From Salpingoeca rosetta (lineage: Eukaryota; Protista; Choanoflagellata), in NCBI GenBank assembly GCA_033442325.1, contig JAWQFM010000015.1:719494-783493 (forward strand): a stretch of DNA of 64,000 nt. Direction: 5' to 3'. Shown here piece after piece: positions 16,227 to 28,671 of this stretch. Positions within the stretch are counted from its first letter, which is position 1. Each line of letters starts with the position of its first letter. Made by a program: the position numbers and the translations under genes. Below the pieces are notes generated by a model. The model was not told where the DNA came from. It searched no databases and saw only the letters and a list, made by a program, of their open reading frames with translations.

Positions 16227-19200
16227 ATACAGACATACAAAATCGGCCACCCAGTCAAGTTGCCCCTCCCCACATCACTCACCCTTGTGGTGCATGTTGA
16301 CGCCCAGGGCCTCCAAATCCCTGTACACGTCTGCCTTGACAATGCGCTTGGCACTGCCGCTGCCATCGCGGGCATAGATGGCCAGCGTGTTGTCGCGCAG
16401 CACCATCGCGGCCTTCTCGCCGCCGTCGCAGATGCGGATCGTGTTGCGGAACGGCCATCCGGTGCCAACAACGATTGGCGAATCGGTCTTGATGGTCCAC
16501 GGGAGGATGGCGAGCGCGTCCTCCATGCCGGGCACGGGACCAATATCCACTTGCTGGTCCGAGGGCATGGTGCCCAGGGCGGCGCGGCAGCTGCTGAAGG
16601 TGATGGGCAGGAACCGATTGTCGCCGTGGGGAACATCTTGGGGCAGCGGAGCGGTGCTGAGCAGGCGAATGGCCACCTCGTCGCTGCCGTCGTCGCCTTT
16701 GGTCGTCTCCGTGCGCCAGTAGTTTATGTGCTTTCCACGCGTCACCGTCATGGGGCGCGCACTGGGGCCGTCGCCAGTCACATGCAGCAGGTCCACCCTG
16801 TCCTTCTGCTCGTCCACATCTGGCAGCTGGCCAAACTCGACATCTCGCATGTTGCACATGTCCAGGCACGCGCCGGTCATGATGGCCTCGGCGAAGAACA
16901 CGCCACGCAGGTCTGCCCCCGTCAGGTTGGTGCGGTGCAGCAGGGCTGCACGCATGTCGGCGCCGCACAGCCGCGCGCCAGAGAGGTCGAGGCCAGAGAA
17001 GGGCACACGCGCGCAGTTGAGGATGGTGGCGGCGTTGCCCGCGGCAATGGTCGCGTGCGGCTGCGTCTTGGAGAGCTCAATCACGTGCATCAGGCGCGTC
17101 TGCGCCTCCTTATCTGCACGGACGATTTGTCCGGCAAACTCGACCAGGCCCGGCTCGTTGCGCACGAGGCGCGTGCCAAGGATGGGCACCACCTCGCCCT
17201 CCGCGAGCGACACGACGTCAGACATGAGCGCGCACGCCGCGAGATACTCAAGCACAGACTGGAGGGGACGAGGAATGAGGTGGGAGAGTGGAAGGAGTGA
17301 GAAGAGGGCAAGAGGAGGTGAGGAAGGAGGAATCAAAAGCGGGGGGGGGGGGGAGGGGAAGGCACTGAGGCGAGCAAGTGTCACTGGACGCACATGCATT
17401 GTGTGATGATGTATGCAAGTCAGAAATGAGGCTGAGCAACGCATTAACATCACAACCCCCTCCCAATCTCATTCGTACACACACCTTGTGAACGAAGGTC
17501 ACGCGCGGACCGACGCCGACGACGCGGAGCGGGCTGCCGTCAACAGCAATCTGGCAACGGTGGACAAGGGCGGTGGTGCATGGAAAGGTCGGGCGTCAAG
17601 GTCTTGGGGAAAGGGAAGAGCAGGGAAGGTGTAGAAAGCAGGGGTACAAACGCAATTACACGTCCGCAAAATGGTCACACACAAACAGAGACAGAGACAA
17701 CACAAACTTGTACACAATCACAACCGCAGACAGACAGACACAGGCACAGACACAGACACAGAGACACAAAGACACACACACACACACATTCACACACACA
17801 GACACAGACACAGACACAGACACACACAGACACAGACACAGACAGACAGACATTCACACACACACACACACACACGAGCCTCGACGAACCTTGAGGGCTG
17901 CGTCGGAGACGGCTTCTGCACGGATGAGTTTTGCGGTGATGCTGTGCCCGAGGAAGAGGGAGCGCGCAAGGTCTTGATCGAACGCCAGCAGCGCCACGTG
18001 CAGGTTCACCTGCAACAGTCATCCGCATCCCAACCCAAGCATGCAATATGAGCGTAGGGTAAATCAGGCGAATCAAGCCTTGGCGCACGATGCAAGCACA
18101 CGATGCAAGCACACACGATGCAAGCACACACTGTGTCAGCACATACAACCCACCCCCAACACACACACACACCATCCCCCCTCCAAACACACCCCTGCAC
18201 TTACGTCGATGGGGACGCGTCTGCGGGTGACGCAGCGCCACATCTCGCGGCCGTGCATGAGCGACACGAAGCTCTCGTACAGGTGCCGCTTGGAAATGTT
18301 GCGAGGAAGGCCCTTGCTTGGAACCATGCCGCTCTCCAGGATGGGCAGGCACAGGCACGCCATGTGCAGGAGGAATGGGGTGGACAAGAGGTCCCACAGG
18401 CCGCCAATGTTGGACAGCTGGTCGTGCAGCGTGTGTGCGTCCTGGCCCTGGGCGTCGGGTCCGCGTACAAAGCGCTCCAGAAACGCCTCAATCTGGGTTT
18501 GATCAAACGGAAGAATGTACCGCTCGTCCACCCGGCTCTGCGTCGCGTGCGTGAAGAGGGACTGGTACTCCGGCAGCGACTGCAGGAACTGCGAGCGCGC
18601 GCCAACGACCACGTGCGCCTGCCACTCGTCGAGTTTGTTGCTGCGGTACAGGTTGACAGGCTTGCCCAGCTCGTCAAAGCCATCCAGCAGCACAACAAAC
18701 GACGCCTCGCGCTTGAGCTGCTCAATGCCGGCCTCGTCAAGGCCAATGGACATGAGCGTCTCCGACATCAGATCTGTCTCCGCGTTGTTCGTCTGCGCAA
18801 GGGGGACGTACAGCGGAACAGGGCACGAGGGGTCCTTGTCGCGGTCTGCCCACAGCCGGAATTCGAGGTATCTGATGAACGCGCTCTTGCCGCTGCCCGT
18901 GCCACCCTGCACCAGGAGATACAGGGGCTTGGTGTTTGCGTCCTCAGCAGCGACAGCCTGCAGCACGTTGTCCACGAGATCAAACTTCTCCTCCTCCTTC
19001 TTGGGCGCGGCCGTCTTGCTTGCCTTCACCCGCACAAACTGCTTCAGCTGCTGCTGCACGGGGCTCTCTGGCTTGAGCACGTCCGTTGCCTGGCGGATGC
19101 GGGCAATGTTCGCCTCCAGCGCGGCTGCTGCAGAGTCGCGGCTGCCAGACAGCTGCTCAAGGATCTCAGCGGGCGTGTTGGTGAAGAACTGCTTCAGGCT

Positions 19201-19353
19201 CTCCTGGAACCTGTGGTGACGGAGGGATTAGGGGTTTGGGAGTTTGCGGGATTTAGGGGTGGTGGTGGAGGGTGAGGGGCTATGTGAGTTACGTGGGGGC
19301 AGATGTTCATGCTAAGGTGGGGGGGGGGATGCGTGAGCAGGTGAGTGCTGCCA

Positions 19354-19451
<98 letters not shown>

Positions 19452-20380
19452 ACAGAGCACAACAACGCACTCTTGCTCGCGCCTCTCGCGCTCTTTGATG
19501 TCCTGGAAGAACCACTCCCACACGGCCTTGGTCTGTTGGCAGACGGAATACGTGTACATGTGCGTGTGTGTGAGTGTGAGTGAGTGGGTGTGACGGGAAG
19601 GAAAGGCAACGAATGCAGTATGAAGAGACGGTGGATATTCGAGTGTGGGCAACGTGGAGACACGCATGCACACAAGCAAACATAGAGAGAAGGAAACGCC
19701 ACGGCACAAGAACATGCTGACACACGTACGGAGGTGGACTGCTCGACGCCGTGAAGACTCGTGAGGAACTTGTCGCACGCCTGCACGGGATGTCAGCGGG
19801 ATGAGGATGGTGAGTTTGAGTGGGGAAACGGGTGCAAAACACACGAAGCAATGAATGGCGTGGCAGAATTGCACGTCCTCCTCTGCACACAAGACACAAG
19901 CACACACACACACACACATGCACGCACCTTGTTCCACCTCTGCCTCTCCTCGTCGGGGACATCGCCGTCGACGAAGATGGGGATGATGGTGTTGAGGAGG
20001 GCGGGCAGGGCGGCGAGGTAGTACCTGTAGCTGCTGCAGTCCCGCACGGGCTGGAACGGGTAGTTGAGGAACGCGTCGGGGAAGGCTGATGCCGGCGTGA
20101 CGTGCTCGCCGCGGTCAAACCAGAGCGGGAACACGAGCACGCCGCGCTCAGATGCGGCCTGCCGGATGAAGCAGTACTCCTTGCCGACGTTCGTCACATC
20201 GCCATCGTTCACCTTGTCAGCCTCAACCTTGTTCGTGGGTTCTGCAGTGGTGTGTGTGTGTTTGTGTTGGGGAGGGAGGTGAGAGGGCGCAATGAAAGTG
20301 GCGAATAAACACTGTTTCTCTTTGCCTCACAGACAACAGATACACGCACACAAAATACTCACACACAGACGCAACACACG

Positions 20381-20431
<51 letters not shown>

Positions 20432-20862
20432 CACGTGCACGAATGGCACGGCACGACGGCGTACCTGGCACACGCCTGTTGTAGTCTGGGGTGCCGATGA
20501 GGAAGACGGCGGTGGACTTGTCAATGCCCTTGCGCATGAACTCATCAATATCCATGCCTGGCTTGAGGTCCATGATGTCAAGGGAGACGTCGAGACCAAT
20601 GCGCGCCATGTCGCGGCGCAGGCGGGACAGTCGGCCCTGCAGCTTCTGCTGGTCGCTTCGGTCCCGCGGCCACGAGTACGAGATGAAGCCCTGGCCGTGG
20701 ACGAAGAGGAGTTGGCGTGGGGAGAGGGAGATGTGTGTGTGTATGTGTGTGTGTGTTGGTATGGAGGCAAGGGCGTTCGTGTTAGGAAAATGGGGGGTGT
20801 GTGTGTGCACAGAGCAGGGTATTGTGGTCAAGTACAGCCAGGAAAAAATCACACGAGCGTAT

Positions 20863-20939
<77 letters not shown>

Positions 20940-23164
20940 CAGACAGCGTGTCGGTGCACCTTGTGTCTGTTTGTTGTGAGCTTGGTGACGCGGTTCATGG
21001 CGCGGAACAGCTCGGCGAGCTCGCTGGCAAGCTGCTTCCGCACAAGGTCCTCGCGCGCCTTCAAGTACGTCTGCCCGTCCAAGCAGCAAGCGAGTGGTGA
21101 GGGGTGCGAGGCATGCAACAACACGCACAGACAGACAGACAGGCACAGACAGACAAATATAGACACAGACAGACAGGCAGACATACAGACACACAGACAG
21201 ACACACAAAGACAAAAACAAACAAACAGACACACAAAGACAAAGACAAACAAACAAACACACAGCATGTACATACACACATTATATGTCCACCACCCTTT
21301 GCCTCACCTTGTGGAGAGAGTCGAGGCAGCGCTCCTTGATGGCATCGAGATCAACGACAGACTCCTCCTCCTTCGACTCCTCAGCCTTGCCCTTGCCCTG
21401 CGTGGCCGTGGCCGTGGGCGCCTTGGCCTCTGCAAAGGTCACGCTCGGCAGCGCCGGTGGCGGCGTGTCTGCGCGCCCGCTGAGCAGCAGCATCTGGAAC
21501 GCCGTTGGCATGGGCTCGCCGGCCATGTCGCAGGGGAGGAAGTACAGCACGATGGGGCCCTCCACGTCCGCACCGAGCAGGCGCGGGTGGAGAACCGGCG
21601 GCAGCTTCCACTGGTCGACAGAGGCGGCTGCGCCTGCCACGCCCCCTGTTGCTGGCGCTTCGCCCTTTGTCTCCGGTGTGAGGGCCGCCTGCACCTCGGC
21701 CTTGTCGACGAGGAAGACAACCTTTGGCGCGCTTCCGTGGAGAGAGCCCCAGTGGTCCAGCTCGTTCTGCACGTAGATATTGGTGCAGTGGTCGGCGGCG
21801 CGCCAGTTCTTGAAGAAGAGCACGAGGCCGGGGTGGCCCTCTCGCAGGGCCTCCACCTCCGCTGCCGTGTAGCCGTGCTTGACCAGGGCCTGCTCGACAA
21901 CGCGCGACGTCGGCACGGCGGCCTGCTCCAGGTCAATGACCACGGGGATCATGGCGTGGTTTGCGTCGTAGTACTGCCACTGCCGGGACACAAGCATGTC
22001 CTCTGCGGTGGACAGCAGGTCCGAGTCGCCGACGACGAGCAGAATGGCGCGGTCGCCAGTCATGAACGCGGTGTACTGCTCCGAGAGATGCGGCCCATCC
22101 TGGCCCTTGTGATCCTTGGTCAGCACATCGGTGCCAGCCTTGCCACCGCTGCCGCCCTCACCACCACCACCACCAGCAGCAGCAGCAGCAGCAGCGCTGC
22201 TGCGCATGCGCTTGACGGCGACCTGGCCAATGGCGTCCACCTGCTGCTGCAGGCCGTTGTCGAGGAAGCGGCGCTGGGAGCGTGTCAGGCTGCTCTTCAG
22301 CACAAACGCGCGCAGGTCGAGGCGCTGCCGCTCCTCCTCATATGAGGCCGTGATGGTCGGGATGTCGTCGGCAGGGATGGTTGTCTCTTCCAGCGTGGCC
22401 ACCTTCGTCTCCACGGTGGCCACGTGCTTGGCGATGAGGTCCTGGGCGGTGGTGTCTGCCGCCAGCCCAAGCAGATTGGCGACGACCGCTGGCAGCAGCT
22501 TGCAGTACTCGACCGTGTCGGAGCACACGCTGGCCAGCACCTTGGTCAGGCTGCCTGGCAACGAGTCCATGAACCCGCCGGCGAGGACGACGGGGAGGGG
22601 ATCGAGGGACAGCTCCTCTGCAGCGGCGGCATCGGCGTGCACGCCGCTGCCCTCGCGCGTGTACTCGGACTTGAAGCTCGGCGACGCGGCGAGGACGATG
22701 GCGTCGCACGACTTGAGGTGCTCGCGGATGAAGTCGGGGTAGGCCTTGTCGGCGTCACGCCAGGCAAGCATGGCAGAGGACACGTGCAGGCCAGCGAGGC
22801 GCAGCGTGTCGGTGAAGGAGATGACATCCTCCATGAACGGCTCCTCCTCAGGAGAGCCCGGCCAGGCGTGCGACACAAACACGGTGCGTTCCTTCAGGCC
22901 CTGCTGTTGGGCGAGAGCACGCAGCGCGCCGACAGCGTTGTCCAGCTCGATCCTGCGACGATGAGAAACAAGGAAGTGGGGTGGAGTGGAAAGTGTGAGG
23001 ACGAAAGGTGGAGCTTGTGGTTTCAGATCGGGTGAGAGTGGACAGAGAACAGTGAGGGAGCAGGGGATCTGTGATTGGAATGTGGTGCACACGCAAACAA
23101 ATACAATATGCGCATCAAACGACACGCACACACGCACACACACACACACAGCACATACACACAC

Positions 23165-23232
<68 letters not shown>

Positions 23233-23683
23233 ACACTCACACACACATACACATGCATACATACACACAGAGCACACACAGAGCACACAACATGCACCTG
23301 AGCTGTTGTTTCTTGAAGAGGGCCTTGACTTGGTCGGCGCCGAGCTCTTCGGTGCCGGCATCGGCACGATCGAGGACGTCGCTGCGCCACGTGTCGGTCA
23401 GCAGGCCTGAGACGCGCTGCAGGTCGGAGTCGTCGAGGGTGAAGTCGATCTGGGCCGCGCGCGGTGGCTCCTCAAAGGCAAAACCGGCCGTCTTGCTGCC
23501 GATCCAAGCCGGGGTGGCAGCAGATGCGCCTGCAGCCTTGGTGGCTTTGCCAGCCCTCCGGCTCTTCTGCTGCTTCTGCTGCTTCTGCTGCTTCTGCTGC
23601 TTCTGCTGCTGCTTCTGTTGCTGCTTCTCATCGCCAGCTCCACGCTTGCGGCGGCGCCGCAAGGACGAAGATCCACTTCCCAT
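13385..23683 (-). CDS. Large multi-exon NLR/STAND-like protein: MGSGSS N-terminus, TIR, degenerate NACHT, TIR, NACHT, pentapeptide repeats, WD40 repeats
   Basis: TIR1 VFVSHAWP...[12 protein letters not shown] (~22890-22500). TIR2 GFISYSWP...[34 protein letters not shown]...NVGKEY (~20700-19950). Walker [10 protein letters not shown] and Walker [10 protein letters not shown] (~18920-18670). [27 protein letters not shown] pentapeptides (~17050-16830). GH...WD-type repeats (~15750-14000). C-terminus [15 protein letters not shown]. Not all internal splice sites were resolved. Confidence 0.82.
15818..15968. repeat. (GGA)n trinucleotide tract, interrupted by ATTTGGG units, inside an intron of the NLR-like gene
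   Basis: Seen directly. Confidence 0.9.
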
Positions 23684-23978
23684 GGCTCAGACGTTTGCGG
23701 CGGTATGCGGGTGGAGATGTGAGAGATGTGAAGGTGAAATGAAGGCGAGAGGCGAGAGTGATAGGTTGGCTTGCCGTTCACTGATTAGGTGAGTGACATC
23801 GGAGGAGGAAAAAACAAAACAAAGGCCTCGTTGCCAAAGAAGAAGAAGCGAACGAAGACGAAGCAAGATCAAGCACAGACAGATTAGTGGGGGTTGGTTG
23901 GTGCAGCTTGGGTCTCAGCGTGCTTGGCATTCCCTTCCTCACAACTTTTGCGAGCAAGACAGAGGGAGACGAGCAGAG

Positions 23979-24824
23979 ATGAGCAAAGAAGCGGCTGTGA
24001 CGGCCTTCCTGGCGTGCGAGCGCTTCATCGTGGTGGGCGCGAGTGCAAATCGCAGCAAGTTTGGCAACAAGGTGCTGCGCGCCTTGATCAACAAGTACGG
24101 CACAGAGAACGTCCTTCCAGGTGTGATGTGTGACATGTTGTTGGTTGGTTGGTTGGTTGGTTGGTTGCTTCCTTGGTTGTTTCTTTGTGATGTGCGTGTG
24201 TGTGTGTGTGTGTGTGTGTGACACAAGGTGTCCAACTTCCGTGGGCAAGCACGTCCTGCGCTTACTTGTGTTTGTCGTCCTTTGGGTTGATGCGTTTCAT
24301 GTGTTTGGCACACTGGCACTCGCATCACCCGCCTCACACCACCGCACATCACCGCACTCACACCACCGCCCTCACACCTCGCCCTGTTTTTCATCCTTTG
24401 CACCGACTCCAGTGAACCCAAAGGAAGAGCAAGTTGAAGGCGTGCGTGCCTTTGCCAGCGTCGGAGATGCGGTGGCCACGTGCAACCCTTCCACCACTGG
24501 CGCATGCATCATCACGCCACCCAAAGTGTCGGCAGAGGCCATCAAGGCGCTGGTGCGTGTAAAGGGCAGGGGAGGGGGAGGAGGGTGTGCGTATGGGCCT
24601 CGTGTGGTTGTACATCATTGCACCTGTGGTGCTCCCTGTGTGTGTGTGTGTGTGTTTGCATTGGTTGTGCGTTCGCGCGTTGATGATTTCCCTGACTGCA
24701 CCCGCTGTACCTGCTGCACTAATGCACCCGCTGCACCCGCTGCACCTGCTGGACCTGCCGCACTGATGCACTGATGCACTGATGCACTGATGAACCCCTT
24801 CCCCCATCCACACGTCCGCACTCA

Positions 24825-24882
<58 letters not shown>

Positions 24883-25084
24883 TGCGCACACATCACGCAC
24901 ACAAACGCGCACGCACGCACACACGCACGCCCTCTAGGGTGCCGCTGGTGTGAAACACATCTGGCTCCAGCCTGGTGCAGAGGATGCGGCTGCCATTGCA
25001 GCCGGGGAGCAGTTTGAACTCGACGCGTTTCTCCACTCTGGGCCATGTGTGTTGGCCACCCTGGGCTTTTCAGACCATTTCTAA
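23979..25084 (+). CDS. CoA-binding domain protein (YccU/CoA_binding_2-like), 3 exons
   Basis: FIVVGASANRSKFGNKVLRAL...P|VNPKEEQVEGVRAFASV...IITPPKVS...|GVKHIWLQPGAED...GPCVL. Confidence 0.88.
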
Positions 25085-25490
25085 CCCAGAGGGCGGGAGT
25101 GTGCGTGCGTGCATGTGCATGCGAGTGAGAGGGAGGGTGTATGTATGTGTTTGTGTTTTGTATGTGCGTGTGTGCGTGTGTTTGTGCGTTTGTGTGTCCC
25201 TCGGATTTCCATCCTTCCTTCTTCGTTTCTTCCCACTTCGTTTGCTCTCCTTCTTTTGCCTTTGATGTCCTTTGGCTCATGTTACCTTGCCCACAGTTGT
25301 AAGCTACCTACCAGTGTAATGAAGAACACAACCATCCTTCTTGCTTGCTGTCTGTCTTGATCACGGCACAACATAGCACGCAGCAGCAGCACACCCACAC
25401 ACACACACCCTGTCCCCCATCATCACACAACCGCCGAATCGTTGTGTAAGATTTCTTGTGCTTTTCCACAACCACAGCACCACCACCAAG

Positions 25491-26570
25491 ATGACAAGCA
25501 CCACCAAGCGGCAGCCACACGCGGAGCTGGTTGAGACGACGCGCACGTTCGTCCTGGACTGTGACGGCGTGATCTGGCGCGGAAACCAGCTTATTGAAGG
25601 TTATGAGAGCACGCAACGAATCTGCAATCCAGAACTCAACTCGCACACATACGCACACAAGTACGCTTGCTTTCATTCATCTACACAACAATCACGTCAC
25701 ATCACATTACCTCATTCTCACGTCTGCTCCCCCCCCCGCCCACGCACGCACGCACGCACGCGCAATCACAACACAGGCATTGCGGAGGTGCTTGATTACT
25801 TGCGAGCTGCAGGAAAACGGCTCGTGTTCTTGACAAACAACAGCACCAAGACAAGGCAGCAGCAAGTGGACAAGTTCCACCGCCTCGGGCTGACTTGGGT
25901 GCAGCGGGAGGATGTGCTGACTTCTGCGTACGCGGCAGCGCTCTTGCTGAAGCGCAAGCTCAAGCTGCCAACGGACAAGAAGGTCTATGTCGTGGGGCAC
26001 GAGGGCATCGTTGACGAGATGACACAGCTCGGATACACGTGCGTTGGCGCAGATGAGCACGCCTGTCGCACACCCGACCTCAAGCAAGGCCTCAGCGTGG
26101 ACCCGGACATTGGCGCCGTTGTGTGCGGGTTCGACCTCCACTTCAACTACTGGAAGATGGTGTATGCGACGCAGTGCGTCCTCACGCTGCCCGGCTGCGA
26201 GTTTGTTGCCACCAACTGCGATGCCCTCAGCCACGTCGTGTCGGATGCGGAGTGGCCTGGCGGCGGCACCATGGTTGCAGCGCTGCAGCATGCCCTTGGC
26301 AGAGCACCCATCGTGGCGGGGAAGCCCAGCGAGTTTCTGGTCGAGCTGCTGGTGGAGACGTGCGGTGAGGGCGCGGGCCCCGAGCACATGTGCATGGTCG
26401 GCGATCGCCTCGATACGGACATTGCATTTGGGCACCAGGGCGGCATGCGTACGCTGCTTGTGTATACAGGCGTGACTGCAAAAGGCCGCCTCGAAACCGA
26501 GCTGCAACGGCTCAACGTCAAACCCCCACACCACACAGCAGACTCCCTCGCCAACCTCCTGCTTGCATAG
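25491..26570 (+). CDS. PGP: HAD class IIA phosphatase (phosphoglycolate/4-nitrophenyl phosphatase-like), one intron ~25600-25777
   Basis: Motifs FVLDCDGVIW, FLTNNSTK, FVATNCD, VAGKPS, MVGDRLDTDIAFG, LLVYTGV. Confidence 0.9.
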   Translation: MTSTTKRQPHAELVETTRTFVLDCDGVIWRGNQLIEGYESTQRICNPELNSHTYAHKYACFHSSTQQSRHITLPHSHVCSPPRPRTHARTRNHNTGIAEVLDYLRAAGKRLVFLTNNSTKTRQQQVDKFHRLGLTWVQREDVLTSAYAAALLLKRKLKLPTDKKVYVVGHEGIVDEMTQLGYTCVGADEHACRTPDLKQGLSVDPDIGAVVCGFDLHFNYWKMVYATQCVLTLPGCEFVATNCDALSHVVSDAEWPGGGTMVAALQHALGRAPIVAGKPSEFLVELLVETCGEGAGPEHMCMVGDRLDTDIAFGHQGGMRTLLVYTGVTAKGRLETELQRLNVKPPHHTADSLANLLLA

Positions 26571-26832
26571 TGGTGGTGAGTGTAGTTGCGTTGGTGGTGG
26601 TGGCTTTAACGGCTCTGTTGGCCTTCATTCAAGTGCCCTTGCTAAATCTTGGGACCCAAAGCGCGTTTCCACAGCAGCCATGGGCGTGTTACACTACCTC
26701 AGTTGTGTTTTGACTTTGTTGGTTGTGATGTGAGGTGCATCACATCACTTCAACCCACGTCCACACGCTTCCACGCGCTTCCACAGCCTTGCAAGTCCAC
26801 CCACCCACCACTTCTTTCGCTTTCTCCCTGTC

Positions 26833-26922
<90 letters not shown>

Positions 26923-27681
26923 TACAGATACGCACACGCACAGATACAGCACCCCATCCCCTCCCCCTCTCCAACACTCAAACTCTGTTCGGCCATCCCA
27001 CCTCCCCCACTACTGGCTTGCGTACTGGTTTGCCCTGCTTCATTCATGCGCGTTTCTGACATTGACACGCTGCGTTTGCGCCAGTCCCTGCCCCTGTTTC
27101 CCTGTTCCCGTGTTCCTCCCTTAGCTTCTTCTCTCTCTTTCGGGCTGTTGCAGTCAGGCACCATGTTGCCATCGCGCAACCAAGTGAAGTAAACGACAAC
27201 TCACCCAGACACCCCTCACCCGCCGCCACCAGTTGTGGCGAGATGATCGCATCATGCTCTCGGGCTGAGCCTAACAACAGCTGCGGCACGACCTACATGC
27301 GGCTGAAGGACTGCGTGATGGGATGGGATGCGACATGTGTGACCCGGACACATGATGAGATAGCGACACAACAACAAAGAAAGCAAGCCGACAACACAAA
27401 AACAGCACATTCACACACGAACGGCACGCACACAACCTGCGCGATGAGAGCAATCTGGCCGTTCTGCACGCTTGTTCATGAGGCAATACAGATCATGCAG
27501 ATGACGTCACCGGGCGTTCATGATGTCATTTCAAGTACGCCGTTGCGCAAGCTGCACGCTGCGTCTGGCCATTTGAACGTGCCCAACTTGCCCTCCAACT
27601 GAGATATGTTGATCATGAATCTGCATGATTGTCAACCACGACGGCCTCATTTCCCATTCTTCGCGATCGCGAACACCCAAT

Positions 27682-28224
27682 ATGGCGGCCCTGCTGGATC
27701 ACGACGCGTCGAGAACACTCTCTGGGAGTGTTCTTCCTCCCCGTCATCACCTGCCATCATTTCGCGCACAAGCCACAGCAGCCCAACAACAACCGCCGAG
27801 GCCCAAACCGCAGCACCAGCGTCGCCAACAGCAGCACCTCCAACAACCCCAACAGCAGTTCCATTACCGCCACCAACACCACCAGCAGCAGCATCAGCAG
27901 CAGCCAATGCAAGCCAACACGAACGACAACTTGACTGCGGTTTCATCCATTCAACCCGCACCCCAAGTTCTTCAACGCTATCAGAACTTGCTCACCCTTC
28001 TACGCCTGCAACAGCAACTTCTGCACGCGCCAAGTCACTCCCAGACTACCACCACAAACGCCGTCACTCCGCAAGCGCGAGCCGCCCTACTTACCGCCAT
28101 CATGCACGGTGCCCTTCAAAACCCTGACGATATGCACGGCCTCGCCTGGCTCATGTAAGGCAACCGTGTGTGTGTGTGTGTGTGTGCGTGCGTGCGTGCG
28201 TGTGTGCGTGCGTGTGTGCGTGCG

Positions 28225-28255
<31 letters not shown>

Positions 28256-28621
28256 CGCGGCGCTAACTGTGTCCTGTCCCGCAGGATGGCATTGGTGTTA
28301 TCTATGTGAATGGTAAATGGATCTCTTTGGACTTGGGCAGCAATTCTTAGCCCGAGCTCACCCCCTTTAACGACCTGCTTTAAATAGAATACCGGGCGCG
28401 GGAGTCCGGACCCCCACTACTCTATCGATTGCCGTAACGGCTAGACGGCTTAAGATAGTTCGCGAAGACCTTATCCAATCTGCTCCGCTCAATCGAGCAT
28501 GTGGGATTAGATCGGGTATTCTTCCGCTTCGCCCTTCTGCCTAGCGAAGTTTTTAACCTATCCAGATTTGACCATGGAGATGAGCACGTGCGTGTGTGTG
28601 CGTGTGTGCGTGCGCGCGCGC

Positions 28622-28671
<50 letters not shown>

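Noticed and set aside
23979-26570. CoA-binding protein and PGP as members of the immune cluster
   Set aside because: These are common metabolic genes; proximity (295 bp divergent from the NLR-like start) is the only link.
28430-28463. GTAACGGCTAGACGGCTTAAGATAGTTCG resembles group I intron P7/J8-7 elements
   Set aside because: There is no room for P8, no proper G-binding G-C pair, and no P4-P6 consensus; the segment is better explained as a simple hairpin.
28285-28587. Protein-like reading DGIGVIYVNGKW...HVGLDRVFFRF with TAA/TAG stops (recoding, RNA editing or a winged-helix domain?)
   Set aside because: Four stops in 101 codons is about random expectation, and that frame is out of phase with both flanking exons.
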